A stretch of 63,215 nucleotides of DNA, filler included, from Octopus bimaculoides (Eukaryota), in assembly GCF_001194135.2 (NCBI RefSeq). It is 4 parts of 4 records of this genome, joined end to end, with 100 filler letters (N's around TTAATTAATTAA, not from the genome) between each part and the next. Parts side by side here need not be neighbours in the genome. Positions count along the whole stretch, not along the records: positions 31,008 to 56,913 come from NC_068983.1; 3 more parts are not named here. One strand, given 5' to 3'. Below are positions 39,056-51,693 of the stretch, one piece after another. The translations under genes and the position numbers were made by a program. Within the stretch, counting starts at the first letter, position 1; the number at the start of each line of letters is the position of its first letter. Below the pieces are notes generated by a model. The model worked only from the letters and a program-made list of their open reading frames with translations. It did no database searches and was not told the origin of the DNA.

Positions 39056-39220
39056 TACAACGGGCTTCTTTCAGTTTCCGTCTACTAAATCCACTCACAA
39101 GACTTTGGTCGGCCCGAGGCTATAGTAGAAGACACTTGCCCAAGGTGCCATACAGTGGGACTGAACCCGGAACCATGTGGTTGGTAAGCAAGCTACTTAC
39201 CACACACCCACTCCTGCGCC
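38782..39220 (-). mobile_element. tRNA-derived SINE family A, young full-length copy with CORE-like central block
   Basis: Minus: ggcgcaggagtgggtgtgtggtaagtagc...ggttccgggttcagtccc (A/B boxes), ggcaccttgggcaagtgtc (resembles the CORE-SINE ccttgggcaagt motif), internal (TA)n, CpGs intact. Confidence 0.92.
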
Positions 39221-39964
39221 TTGTTATAAATTTTATGATACTTCACAATATTATAAACACTTGCTGTTTCACCAGCTTCATCTCCTTATGCCTTAGGTAT
39301 ATATGGGAACACATAAACTATTTACAAAATTACTAATACCATGAACAACATCAGAGTTATGTCTTACTGTGCTTCTTTTGTTCAAAATGTGGTTTCGATA
39401 ATCCTAATAAGCAATCTTTTTGTCTATTTGTAACTTTGCTATTAGCTCCTAGTACATCTACTATTACTAGGTTTGTTTATCTATCAAGGGCTCTTTTTCA
39501 GTTTTCTAATTCTATTTACTTCTGTTTTTTTTTTCTTTTTTTTTATATTTAGTTTTTCTATCACTCTCATAGTAACGCTTAACTATGCTAGGTTTGAAAC
39601 TCCGGCTAGAAAATCCTTCTCTTTGTGGATGTCTTGATAGTTTGCTCTTACCTCCCTGTCAATATATAAACTGGAATATTCTAAAGTATTAATGTTCTCT
39701 CAACATTCTATATCAATAGTGAATTATCATCATCACATCACCATTTAACATCTGTTTTCCATGCTGGCATGGGTTATATGGTTTGACATGAACTTGTAAG
39801 CTAGAAGACTGTGCCATGCTCTACTGTCTACTTTACCATGGTTCCTATTGGCATTAGGAAGGGTACTTCCTAATGCCAATCATGTTATAGAATGTAATGT
39901 TAATATATAATCCCCAAAATATAAATAGAGGTATAAATGATCAAAGTGTTTTAGTTTTAAAAGT

Positions 39965-40455
39965 ACACTTAGCTAATATACATATCCAGACTAACATATA
40001 TTCTAACTTCCAGCTAATATATACTACTGAGCTAATATACATGTCCTATGTGTTATGCACCTTCTAACTAATACAAATTTCCTAGTTGTTACACACCTAG
40101 CTAATACACATCTCCAATATAATACACATTTCCTAGCTAATATATCCATCCTAGTTAACACACATGTCTTAGCTTCTAGCTAATACATATGTCCTAAATA
40201 ATATACCGATTCTTGCTAACATATATTCTAGCTTTTAGCAAATACATGTTGCCTAGCTAATAGACATGTTCTACCTAAAACATACCTGGTAAGTATTACA
40301 TACCTCTTAGCAAATATACATCTAGATATTACATAACTAGCTAATACACACATTTTAACAAATGTACTTGTCCTAGCTAATACCCATGTCCAGGCTAAAA
40401 CACATATCCTAGGCAATACACTCCTTCGAGCTAATACACACAACCAAGCTAAATT
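39965..40455. repeat. Degenerate ~20-21-bp minisatellite (ctagctaatacacat...)
   Basis: Recurrent ctagctaata/atacacat motif; produces the repetitive ORF 40228-40530. Confidence 0.85.
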
Positions 40456-42952
40456 TGCTCTACTGCTTATATATATATATTTTTTTTTAATAGTTTTTGC
40501 CTTTGAACAATAGAGAATTCTAATGTACAAAACATTGAAATGAGAATTGAGTTGTTAAGAATTAACAGCCATATCTATTTTTTTACTGGCTGCAAGTGAT
40601 TAACCAAAAAGATTGCATGAGAGAATCATTCTTTGGTAGTTGAAGTAGCTTATAACAAGTTTTAACCATTGCCACTGAGGCAGTTTCAAAGAAATGTAAT
40701 AGGATATTCTTTTGCTTTATTTATTTATTTTTTCTAACAATGAGAATTTGTTTAAACACATAACATCAATAATGTTGGTAAACACTCATAACGTTAACAA
40801 CAAGCTGAACTGAATCCATAATGATTTCTTCAAAAAGAAGAAATTTCTTTTAAGCGTACAATACATTTGATAAACTATAGCAGTCATCTTTATTTTGTTT
40901 CTGAAATTATCTAAAAAGTTGTAGAAAACATATTATCTGCAGAATTACTTGCAAATTATTTTACTGGTTTGTGAAAAATCATATGATTCTTAATATATGG
41001 AGCTATCTATTTTGCCAACATGTGAAACTGCCAAATCACTTATCATTCTAATTTAAATTCTGAACAGATTAGATTGGAATATCCAAATAACATAACACAC
41101 TAATGATTAAATGATTGGCTAGTTTTTGTTACAAACCAAATTTCAAGATTTTAAGTTAATCAGAGATGCATCACATTTTGGTTCTGAAGATAAATTGTCT
41201 TGTCACCTATGTCAGAATTTATAAAGATCATAGGAGATTACTGATGATCTCTACTCTTCTGAGCTAATGGACACCACACAGTGCTCACAAACTCAGAAGT
41301 TTTCCCTCCTTTCCCTATCACTTTCCCAGTGACTCTCCTTACCAAACACTATACTTTGTCCAAACCTTTCTTAGGCTGTATTTCATCAAAATATTTTTCT
41401 TGTCTGCATTTTTCTTACAATAACTAACAATAATTCAAACTAATACCAATTATATTAGCCTTGCCTAGTTAGTTCTAAACCTTCACCACCACCATCACCA
41501 CAATTTAGTAGAGTTTAAGAAGGCGCTGACTACTCACCCACCTCAAACAAACAAAGAAATAAATTACTGTAGTTTTCTTTAGTTTGTTTCTGAAATTGTT
41601 TATAAAGTTATAAAACACATTGTCTTCAGAATCATCTGAACAATTCATTATTATAATACATGACTGTGGTGGAAAACTGGCTGTAGATTGGCAGTTGTGG
41701 TAGTAGTCAGTGCCATGGTGGTAGTTTGTGATGGCATTGTCTACACCAGTGTTGCTGGCAATGATGGGAAATGTGAAAGCAGTTGATGATGGTGATGGTG
41801 TTGGTGATATATGTTTTCGCAGTAGTTATTAAGAAGATGGTGACTACCAATAGCAACAAACCTCATCACAGTAGGCAACAGCAGTGATGGTAGCTAGCTG
41901 TGATGATGGCAAACATGGTGCTGGTAAGGCTACATTATAATTATCAATCACTGTCAGTGCAATGAAGATGCTCGTAGTGGTCACCGCAATGTAGGTGGCT
42001 GTTGGTTGTCTACAGGGGCCGTCAGCCCAACTCCAATCTACTATTGATCTTCGGATTAAGTTGGTGGATCAGTAAGGATTTCTTGATACAGAGATTTCTA
42101 ATATTCCTTCAAACATTGCAGCAACCACGATACTCATTACTATGCTGGTGATTGGTAATGTTGTCTATTAGTGCCAAGCTCACCATCACTATGATGAGCC
42201 GCCACCACTATTGTGGTCTACTGTAATGATAAATGTTGCTGTAGGCAGCCACCACCATGTCAATGACTATTACAAGAACTTATACCACAAATGCCATCAC
42301 CAACTACATCCGTGACATTTACCATCACTGCCATCAACGTCAATGTATAAATCCCTTACTTGCAACTGCCACATTTACCATTACTATGACCACTAATTGC
42401 TACCACAGCATTCACCACTACTGCTACTGACCTACAGCTAGTCTTCCCTCCCTGCCTCCAGTGTGACCTCTACAGCACCAACAACACCATCATTTGAGGA
42501 GCTGCTGCTACTAGCACAATCACTGGTCAAAAACAGGGTCAATGCTCATCTGGCTATCCAAATGGCAAGATCTTCATAGACAAATTTCTTTGTCTGTACC
42601 TTTCTGAAGATGGGTCTCTGCACCCACAATATATAAAGGTTTTTCAACTTTCATTTCTGCATTGTTAGAGGATTTTCTCATTTCATTTATTATCCTATAT
42701 CTGTACTATAATGCTTCAAGCAAACTACAAAACTCCTCCAATACATTATTATATTTTGCATACTCATAAGATTCTCAACCTATGAAGTTGTCTATTTTCT
42801 CAGCATCTGGAACAGCCAGATCTGAATGGTCTTAGTTCAAATATGTGAATCTTAGGTAATATTTTACTAATTCTAGTGTCAGAGCATTTACATTGATTCC
42901 TTTGAACTGGATGAGACACTTTTTAAATTGAACTGTTTTGTAGAATTCAAAT

Positions 42953-43024
42953 ATTAGAGTTAACTTTTATCTTCAATTAGAGTTAACTTTTATCTTCAAT
43001 TAGAGTTAACTTTTATCTTCAATT
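42953..43024. repeat. Perfect tandem repeat, 23-bp unit x3
   Basis: attagagttaacttttatcttca at 42953, 42976 and 42999. Confidence 0.95.
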
Positions 43025-43184
43025 TCTGTAAAGTTCAACTGATAAGAAACTCAAATCTCTGCATATAATTCAATTAAACTTATTCATAATTCCTAGTGGG
43101 ATAAGCTGAAAAGAAATAGAGTTAGGAGTCTTGCTCAGTAACATAGAATGACCTCTGTATCTGGTTGTCCATAAGACAAGAATG

Positions 43185-44058
43185 TACAAGGTGCATTAAA
43201 AAATTATCCAACTTCATCTTTTCCCGCCAAAATTAATGCTGCATGGGAAAAATCCTTTGGCAGGGAGGTGATGCCATCCTTTCTTTTCATGTTTGTAGGC
43301 CATATCAGTTCCCAGCTGTCATGCCTAATGTAGCAATGTGTAGTGCACACTCATTGGATTTTCATTTCCCTGCAAGATGCCCAGACACATCAAGCAGAGA
43401 CCATAAACCCATGTCTCATCACCAGTGATGATGGTCTTTATGAAATCTGTATCATGGCTTGCACAGTCCAACATGTCCTGAGCAATTTCCATGCAGAATT
43501 GCTTCTGCTACTCCATCAGTGCCTTGGGAATGAATTTTGCTGACACTCTCTGCCACTTTGTGAGAAATTTCCTTGATTGTAATGCAGTGATTTTCCATGA
43601 TTATTCACCAAACGTTCTCAATCAGCTCTTTGTTTCACCTTGTGGATGGCCTGTCTGAACATGCCTTGCCCTCCACCGAAGTGCAGCCATGCCTGAAGCA
43701 GTTGTACACCTCATTGATCTGAGTTTTATCCATGGCATCATCACCAAAGGCCTGCTGAATCTTCTGGATGGTTTGAGCTTCAGTATCACCAAGCTTATGG
43801 CAAAACTTGATGTTATATCTTTGCTCAATGAAAACTATCTCATTGAAAAATATCTCATTGAAAACTAAAATCAGATGAGAGCACACTACACATCTGTACT
43901 CTAGGCATAACAGCTGGAAACTGACACTGTCTACCAGTGCAAAAATTTTTATGCATGCACAGGAAGGGTGGCATCACCTCCACCCAAAGGATTTTGCTCG
44001 TGCAGCATTAGTTTTGGCAGGGGAAAAAAAGGCTAATACTTTCTGAACACACCTCGTA
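43185..44058 (-). mobile_element. Internally deleted mariner transposon with ~90-bp extended inverted ends
   Basis: Ends TACAAGGTGCATTAAAAAAT / rc TACGAGGTGTGTTCAGAAAGT; inner IR gccaaaa(t/c)taatgctgca...ggaggtgatgcca. ORF 43635-43886 EQRYNIKFCHKLGDT...FRHGCTSVE..ACSDRPST is a mariner HTH. Confidence 0.88.
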
Positions 44059-45010
44059 TATTTTGAACTCTTATATTGCCACACATTGATAATCCTCTAC
44101 ATAAACCTTATCCATCACCTTACAATATTGATAATAAATTCATTAAGCCTATCATTTATAACTGAAGAGGGATGAATCATTATTGCAAATATTATTTAGG
44201 TCTGTTGGTTCAATGTGCCCCTTGTCTTGGTATTTATTTCAGCACCTTATATTGTGAATCGAAATCTCAATGAGATTAGCTTTTACCTTTTATCTTTCTC
44301 GGATCAAGTTGTCAGGACACAATACTCTTCAAAACTTCTATGCTTTCTGAAATTCACCAACACGACTCTTAACTCACCTATGCACTTTTTCCTCTTTATG
44401 ACTCTTTTACTGTTCACTTCTGTATCTATTTGTATCTCATATTCTGTGTACTGTGCATAGATTCTTTGGCTTTCACTGCTGTCTTTATATAATTTATTGT
44501 TGATTTCCGTCCCCTCTTTTACCCTTTTTACCCTTTTCTGATATATTGCAGTGTACCTTAGCACTGCATACAAGAGGCTTGTTATAATTAAAATACCAGT
44601 TAACTACCAAGGATGAAAAATTTGACAGTTTCCTTCCTACAAATTTATGGCTTTGTACCTTTGTAAGAAATCGATATTTTAGTTAATTTTGTTATCTTTT
44701 CTCAAACATCTCTTTCAATGTCAGAAGCTGGCCAAGATGTGTCAGTTAAATACTTTTAGTAGCAATAAAGAGAAAGAAAAAACAACTTGACAGCCATTAT
44801 CAACATTTTCTTCTCCTTCCACTCCTCTTCATATTGTTCAGTCTTTTACATCTTCTTCATCCCCTCACCAACTATTAATCTCTTTTGCTATCTTCTACAA
44901 CTTCAAAGTTTTCTCTTTAACTTATTTTCCATTCTTTGTATACATATGAATATACACACACACATATATACACACACACATATATACACACACATATATA
45001 TATATATCAC

Positions 45011-45055
<45 letters not shown>

Positions 45056-45082
45056 TATTGTTGTTATTATTATTGTTATTAT

Positions 45083-45245
45083 GTGAGAGAGCAGTGCATG
45101 CCATCAAAGTGACATGGGGATAAAATTTACCAAGCCCAGTATATCCATCATGACTACCCATCTGATAAAGGTACACCAGACACATGCATCACAACCATAT
45201 GTGTGTGGCATAGTGATCTCTTATCAAGATAAACAGTGCATGACC
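45083..45245. repeat. Short interspersed repeat fragment between (ATC/ATT)n and (TTA)n tracts
   Basis: Mixed-composition block bounded by trinucleotide microsatellites; resembles a common octopus repeat from recall only. Confidence 0.4.
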
Positions 45246-45266
45246 TTATTATTATTATTATTATTA

Positions 45267-45343
<77 letters not shown>

Positions 45344-45344
<1 letters not shown>

Positions 45345-48300
45345 CTTCGTAACACAGTGTAGGTAAAAATGCACTGGAGTCTTTAGTCACAACAGGGACC
45401 TAACAGATAATACTTTCCTTAAGATGTGCGCTGTGCCCAATAAGGTTGCTTTTTGTGAGACATTAGTCAGTCTTGCACGGGATTTCCAGTTGCCTTAAGA
45501 AGTCTTGAAGTTTCAATTGGATTCAGCGCAATGCTCCAAGCACCACTGGTATCACTTTTACATTACCCTCTCGCATTCCATACACTTTCCACTTTCAGTT
45601 CAGAGTACTAGGTGAATTTTTCAACCTCTTTACTCACAACATTCATGTCATTTGGTATGGCTACATCAATGATCTGACAGTATTTGTCTCTCTTATTCAA
45701 TATGACAATATTCGGCCGACAGTGTTCGATTACATGATCCATCTGAAAATCATAGTCCCAGAGTATCATTACTTTTCCATCCCCTGCATAACTTTACTTG
45801 GTACATACTCATACTAGTTCTCTGTTATTTCATATTGGTATTTATGGCATAAGAGCCAATGAAGATACTCACACATTTTATCATGGCAGTGTTTGTACTC
45901 TTTTTGTGCAAGGCTCTCACATCCACTTACCAAGTGGGTCACATTTTCCACACTCTTTCCACAGAGCCTGCATTTCTGGGTGCCAGAAGTTTTATAGATG
46001 TTATACTTCCCTGAATTGGTAGTGAGAGCCTGATCTCATGCAGCAATGATGAGGTGTTCGGTGGTATGCTTCAAATCACCTTGCTTAAGCCATGCCCATG
46101 ATACTGTATTACCCTTAACGTCTAGTGTATTCCTTTCAAACTGTCCATGCATTCTCATTTCAAGAAGGTCTTCTTTTCTCTTCTCCTCAGTACTTTGGCT
46201 AAATTCTGCCCTGCTCATCATTTCATCTGCATTTACACCCTTTAGCAGCATATTGCAGCAGGTCTTCATTGCTATTTATCAAATACTCAGCAAGCATTCT
46301 CCTTTCACTCCTTATACAATAGTCTATACTAATTAGTCCTCTACTGCTATTCTTTCTTTTCATATATGGTCTGTTTATGTTTGCTTTAGGGTGTAGTACT
46401 CCATGCAGCATCATGAACTCTCTCAGCCTTCTATCCAGTGTTGATATTTCCTCCTTTGTCCATTTGAGGATGGACACACTATAACTGACCACTGCAACTG
46501 CCCAGATATTCATTGCAGTAATCAAACTTTTGACATTCAGGCTGGATTTCAATACTATCTTCACCCTTTTTTGATGTGCCTCACTGACCTTGACTTTCAT
46601 TTCTCAATCTAGAATGTCATCCAGCTCCAAAATCCCTAAAATATCTATACCCACTACCATCAGGTTCACTCATGGTCTCTCCTGATGGTAACTGCAATCC
46701 TCTGCAGGATGCTTTCTTCCCTCTTTTCATATTAAGTACTGAGCATTTGGTGAACCCAACTTCCATACCTATACCCCTACCACATTTCTGGACTGTTTTG
46801 GTTAAGGAATCTATCTGTTTACCAAATTCCCCAAACAATTTCAGGTCATCCATAAACAGAAAATGGTTCAATGATGGGCCTTTCTTCCCACATCAGTAAC
46901 CCATCTTGACTTTCCTAAGTGTCATTGTTATGGGTATTAGTGCAATTACAAAAAGTAATGGAGAAGACAAGTCACCTTAGAAGATTCTCCAAGGAATACA
47001 TTACTTGAGTACAATTTGGTACACCCCTCTTTCATGCATCAGAAAATTTGTGATTTTGTCAGCAATACCAAACATCTGCAGGCATTCAACGATCCAAGAA
47101 TGAGGCCTCATATCATATGCTTTCTTAAAGTCAATCCAAGCCATAGACATGTTTGTATGACGTTTTTTACAATGCCTGAAAACTGTTTTATTGATGACCA
47201 GGTGATTCTTGGTACCCTAAGGACTCTTCCTACATCCTTTTTGTTCTCTTGGTAGTATTTCTTCCTGTGCCAGGAAAGTGTATGTCTTTGGTGCACATAT
47301 TCCAGTGAGTATCTTCCAGATTATGTTTAGGCATACTATAGGATGGTAGTTTCCCACAATATTCCTCTTTCTTCTATCTTTCATCACAAGTGTTGTCCTC
47401 CCAGTCACCATCCACATGGGGACTGTACCTTTTTGGACACACTTATTCAATTGGGATGCTACTCTTTCATGCTCTGTGGCATCTCTTCAGCCAGAAGCCA
47501 TGAATCCCATCTGGTCTGGGGGCTTTCCAGTTAGGCACTTTACCCATTTGTTCTTTCGCATATGACGATATTCCTTTGTTTCTTTCCTCCTTGTAATTCT
47601 GTCTTAATAGCTCCTATCCACATTTATGTACCACATTGTTTCCTTGTAATTCGCTCCAGAACTCCTTGGCTTGATTTGCATCAGGAGCAACATGTTCCCC
47701 ATTGTCTCCTTCTAACATTCGGAATAATTGCTTCTGGTTATTTTTGAACAATCTGTTCTCCTCGTACTGCTTATTTCTGCTCACAAATTTTCTGATCTTC
47801 TGGCTTTTTGCCATGGTCCTCTGTTTTAACTGCTGTATTACTGCACCAAACCCGTTCTTCTGTATTTTATATTTCTTCTCTAATTTTTCTTGGTTGGTTT
47901 TTTTCCCATTTTCCCATTTTCCCAGTTTCCCCTTAACCATTGCTCAATTTTTCCTAGATCTTGTCTTGCCCGTATTCTGTCCCTTTCAATGCATCATTTC
48001 CACCATAGTTCTTTTACTCCACCGCTTTTTGTTCTCTTATGTTGTAATTTCTCCTCAACAAGTAGCGCAATAGCCCGGAGAAGATTCCTTGTTTGTGTTA
48101 TGTCTTCCATCTGGATGTATGGTATGACAGTATTTATCTTTTGTGTTACTTATTTATCATTCTCTTATCTACCCTTCTCATACTCATGGGGATTTTTTCT
48201 CCTGGAGCATTCATCAAGTCAGTGAGCCATCTTTGAATTTCAGGCAATTCATTATCTAGTTGGTTCATTTCCCCTGCATGTCCACCTGACACAGTATCAG

Positions 48301-48897
48301 GGTTCACTGTATAACATTCCTGTTCCTCATCCTTAACAGCCCCATCACCATTCCCCTGTTCCTCCTGTCTACTCTTCTCCCTGCTTTCAACTCCTACCTC
48401 TCTGTTTTCAACTCCAACCATTCTTTGCAACACATCTGCAGGGTCACTCAGACTCTCACTAATCCGAGATATTTCTACTCCAGTTAAGTAACCCTTCCTC
48501 CTAATCACACTCACTAGGTTCATTAGCTTATCTTCTGACATTGGACACATGTCATTTTCCATCCAAAATTTCAAGGTACGTCAGCCTACTCTTCAACTTC
48601 TTTCCAGCTTTGCACTTTCATAAGTGTATCATACTCTTCCTTCGCTCACTTACATCTGTTTTGCACACACCATATATGTCATCTGTTGTGACATAATGAC
48701 CTTCCAAGGCCAGATCACTGGCCCTGATGTGGGCGGTTTCAGACGTGCTGGACGGGAAACTTTCACCATGATTGGCTATAGCTTCATTCGCACAATTAAT
48801 TCTTTCCTTGTTGTGTTGCATCATGATTTCATGAGTTGTTCATGGGGTTCCCACGAGAGTTGTTATCGAGATCTCATCTCTTTTTTCCTCTCGTTAT
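45344..48897 (-). pseudogene. Near full-length decayed R4/Dong-type non-LTR retrotransposon (single ORF: RT - CCHC - restriction-like endonuclease), (TAA)n tail
   Basis: Minus-strand pieces in order: N-terminal MKFWMENDMCPMSEDKLMNLVSVIRRKGYL; NRLFKNNQKQLFR; WMVTGRTTLVMKD..GNYHPIVCLNIIWK..EQKGC; HFLFMDDLKLF; LHPKANINRPYMKRK..RGLISI; CRLCGKSVENVTHLVSGC; ILWDYDFQMDHVIEHCRPNIVI...CQIIDVAIP.D...KEVEK. Many stops and frameshifts. (TAA)n at 45246-45343. Confidence 0.92.
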
Positions 48898-48932
48898 TTG
48901 TATATACACATTCACATGTATGTGCATACACA

Positions 48933-48989
<57 letters not shown>

Positions 48990-48999
48990 CATTATTATT

Positions 49000-49388
49000 G
49001 TTCAGTAGTTTTATTTTTATAGCGTGCTTTCACTTCACTATCAAGCGCAGCTCTGTGTGCCTTGGGTATGTGCTGTGGTTTGTTGTGATGCTCTTATGGT
49101 TACTGTATTGAAAGTGTTTTGCGTAGGATGTGTGCAGTACCCAGTAGTGCAATTTTCTGTATGTTGTATATATTTGTAAGTCCTGGTGTTTTTGTTATGT
49201 ATTTGTCTGAATATTTTTTTATTATACCGAAGGCACCTACTATGATAGGAATTGTTTCTGTTTTTAGATTCCACATTCGAGTTACCTCTATTTCCAGGTT
49301 TTTGTATTTTGAAAGTTTCTCCATTTCTTTTAGGGAAACGTTGTCATCTGCTGGTATTGATACATCAATTAGAAAGCATTTTTTTTCT

Positions 49389-49390
<2 letters not shown>
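49000..49390 (-). mobile_element. 5'-truncated 3' end of a second RLE-type (R4/Dong-like) LINE family, flanked by (TAA)n
   Basis: ORF 49100-49324 EKLSKYKNLEIEVTRMWNLKTETIPIIVGAFG...IQKIALLGTAHILRK is an RLE C-terminus. (TAA)n at 48933-48999 and 49391-49449. Confidence 0.88.
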
Positions 49391-49440
<50 letters not shown>

Positions 49441-49576
49441 CATCATTATATTTATTTTATCATTTAGGCATAATGATACTAATAACCTGGAGTTAGAACT
49501 CCCTGATGCTTCAGAGCAAAACATCAGTTGAGAATAGAGCAGTAATAAGAAATAAAATTTACAAGGGAATAACAAA

Positions 49577-49685
49577 CTTCATTAGTTGATCACTTGATTT
49601 CACCCTGCTATGGGTTCCTCGGTGACAGATGCTCAGCAGTTGAGGAACCCATAGCAGGGTGAAATCACGTGATCAGCTAATGAAG
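49577..49685. other. Near-perfect hairpin, 44-bp arms, 21-nt loop (pre-miRNA/hpRNA or mini-MITE candidate)
   Basis: cttcattagttgatcacttgatttcaccctgctatgggttcctc (49577-49620) pairs with gaggaacccatagcagggtgaaatcacgtgatcagctaatgaag (49642-49685) with one G:U and one mismatch. Confidence 0.85.
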
Positions 49686-50002
49686 GTGAGGAAAAGAATT
49701 TAAATATGTGTTTAAGGAGGAAGATTATACTGAGTCGGGTGGCAAGCATTTAGAGAGAGAGAAAAGGAGAGAGAGAAAAGGAGAGAGAGTGATGTCTTGG
49801 TGGAGAAAGGAGGTAACACTGGGAGACAAGAGAAAAACTGAACACTAATGAATTGTTATACAGATGTATAATCATAAAAACATATACACATACATGCTTA
49901 CATATGCGCATGTACACATGCACAAACACATACACACACATATACACATGTTCACATATACACAAATGATGTAATTTGTGAGAAACATTTCTTGCCATTA
50001 GA

Positions 50003-50218
50003 AATATTCTTTTCCACTCTAAGCACAAGGCCCGAAATTTTGGGGGAGGGGGGCAGTCGATTAGATCGACTCTAGTATGCAACTGGTACCTAATTTATTG
50101 ACCCTGAAAAGATGAAAGGCAAAGTCGACCTCAGTGGAATTTGAACTCAGGATGTAAAGACAGACAAAATACCAGTAAGCATTTTGCTCAGTGTGCTAAC
50201 GTTTCTGCCAGCTCACCT
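50003..50218 (-). mobile_element. tRNA-derived SINE family B (alternative tail)
   Basis: Homologous to 24236-24448. Confidence 0.85.
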
Positions 50219-50439
50219 CCTTTTGCTATTAGAAATATTACTTTTCTTAGAAACAAGTGAGGGTTTGCAGCAGGAAAGGCATCAACCAATAAAAAAGTTT
50301 GAAAATTTGCTTCAATAAATTCTGTGCGGCCCATGCAACGATGATGACAATTACGTGCATGTGTGTGTGTATGTGCGTGTGTAAGTGCATATATAAGTCT
50401 GTATGAGTATGTCTCTTTGTGGGTAGATCCATATTAAGA

Positions 50440-51245
50440 ACTGTGCTGTTACCATCACTACCACTACTAATAGAAACACAACCATTGCAGTCATTACCAC
50501 CAGCATTACGACCACCACCACCACCACTACTGCCGCTGCTGCAGCCACTGTCACCACTGCCACCACTACCACCACTTCTATCAGCAACAAATTCATCACT
50601 ACAGCTAATGCTACCACCACAATCACCATCACCATCACTACCACCATTACCATCAACATCATTACTATCATCATCATCATCATCGTCATCGTCGTCGTCG
50701 TCATTCTCATCATCGTCATCGTTGTCAATACCACTACTACAACTAATACAACCACAAGCACCACTAGTACATCACCACCATTACCATCGTAACTCTGACC
50801 AACACCACCAGCATCATCAACACAGCAATGACTACCTCTTCCACCACCACCACCACCACCACCATTAGCATTAACTCTATCACTGTCATCATCACTGTCA
50901 TCATCACTAATATGACCATGACCACAACTAGTACTACAGTAACCACCAGTAACCTTCTGTAAATTCCATGGCCATCATCTTATGCCATTATTATGTTGAT
51001 CACTATTACTATCAACACCAGTTCAGTGAGTTGCTAGGCTACTTCACTTTAAAAGGTCTCTGGCACACTGCTTCTGATGTAGTGAATTGCTGCTACTATA
51101 ACAACATGGAAACTCACCAGATGCACCAATGTGTTCAAAGACAGACAATTTATTTGAAACTATCAAATATGTCCCTACCACCACCACCAACCACCACCAC
51201 CACCACCATTACCACCACCGTTGCTGCCACCACCACCACCATAAT
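50440..51245. repeat. Degenerate (ACC/ATC/ACT)n trinucleotide field
   Basis: Seen directly; explains the Pro/Ser/His- and Val-rich ORFs. Confidence 0.9.
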
Positions 51246-51629
51246 ATTTTTCAACTTCTATTTCATGAAGATTTAATGACAGTGTAACTCACATATGATA
51301 TATTTCATACATAGTATATAGCATAGATAACTCACTCGTAATTTTTTATAGATAACATAGGCATGGTTTATAGGTATAAGCATGGCTATAGGTGCAGGTG
51401 GAGCTGTGTGGTTCAGAAGTTTGCTTTCCAACCATATGATTTCAAGTTCATTCCTACTATGTGACACCTTGGCAAATGTCATCTACTATAGTCCCAGACC
51501 AATCAAAAGATTGAGTGGATTTGGTAGACAGAAACTGAGAAGCCTGCCATGTATAGATGTGTAAGTGTGAGAGAAATAGGGAGATAGAAAAAGAGAGAGA
51601 GGAAGAGAGAGAGGAAGAGAGAGAGGAAG

Positions 51630-51668
<39 letters not shown>

Positions 51669-51693
51669 GTATTCATGTCACTTTGTTTTGATA

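Noticed and set aside
39652-39700. Strong minus-strand donor gag|gtaaga at 39652/39651
   Set aside because: No convincing upstream acceptor or open exon; isolated site.
42016-42071. 56-nt possible exon (GPSAQLQSTIDLRIKLVD)
   Set aside because: Acceptor lacks a pyrimidine tract and the phase does not fit the 36923-37010 candidate.
50351-50946. Pro/Ser/His-rich and Val/Met-rich ORFs
   Set aside because: Degenerate trinucleotide repeat open in several frames on both strands.
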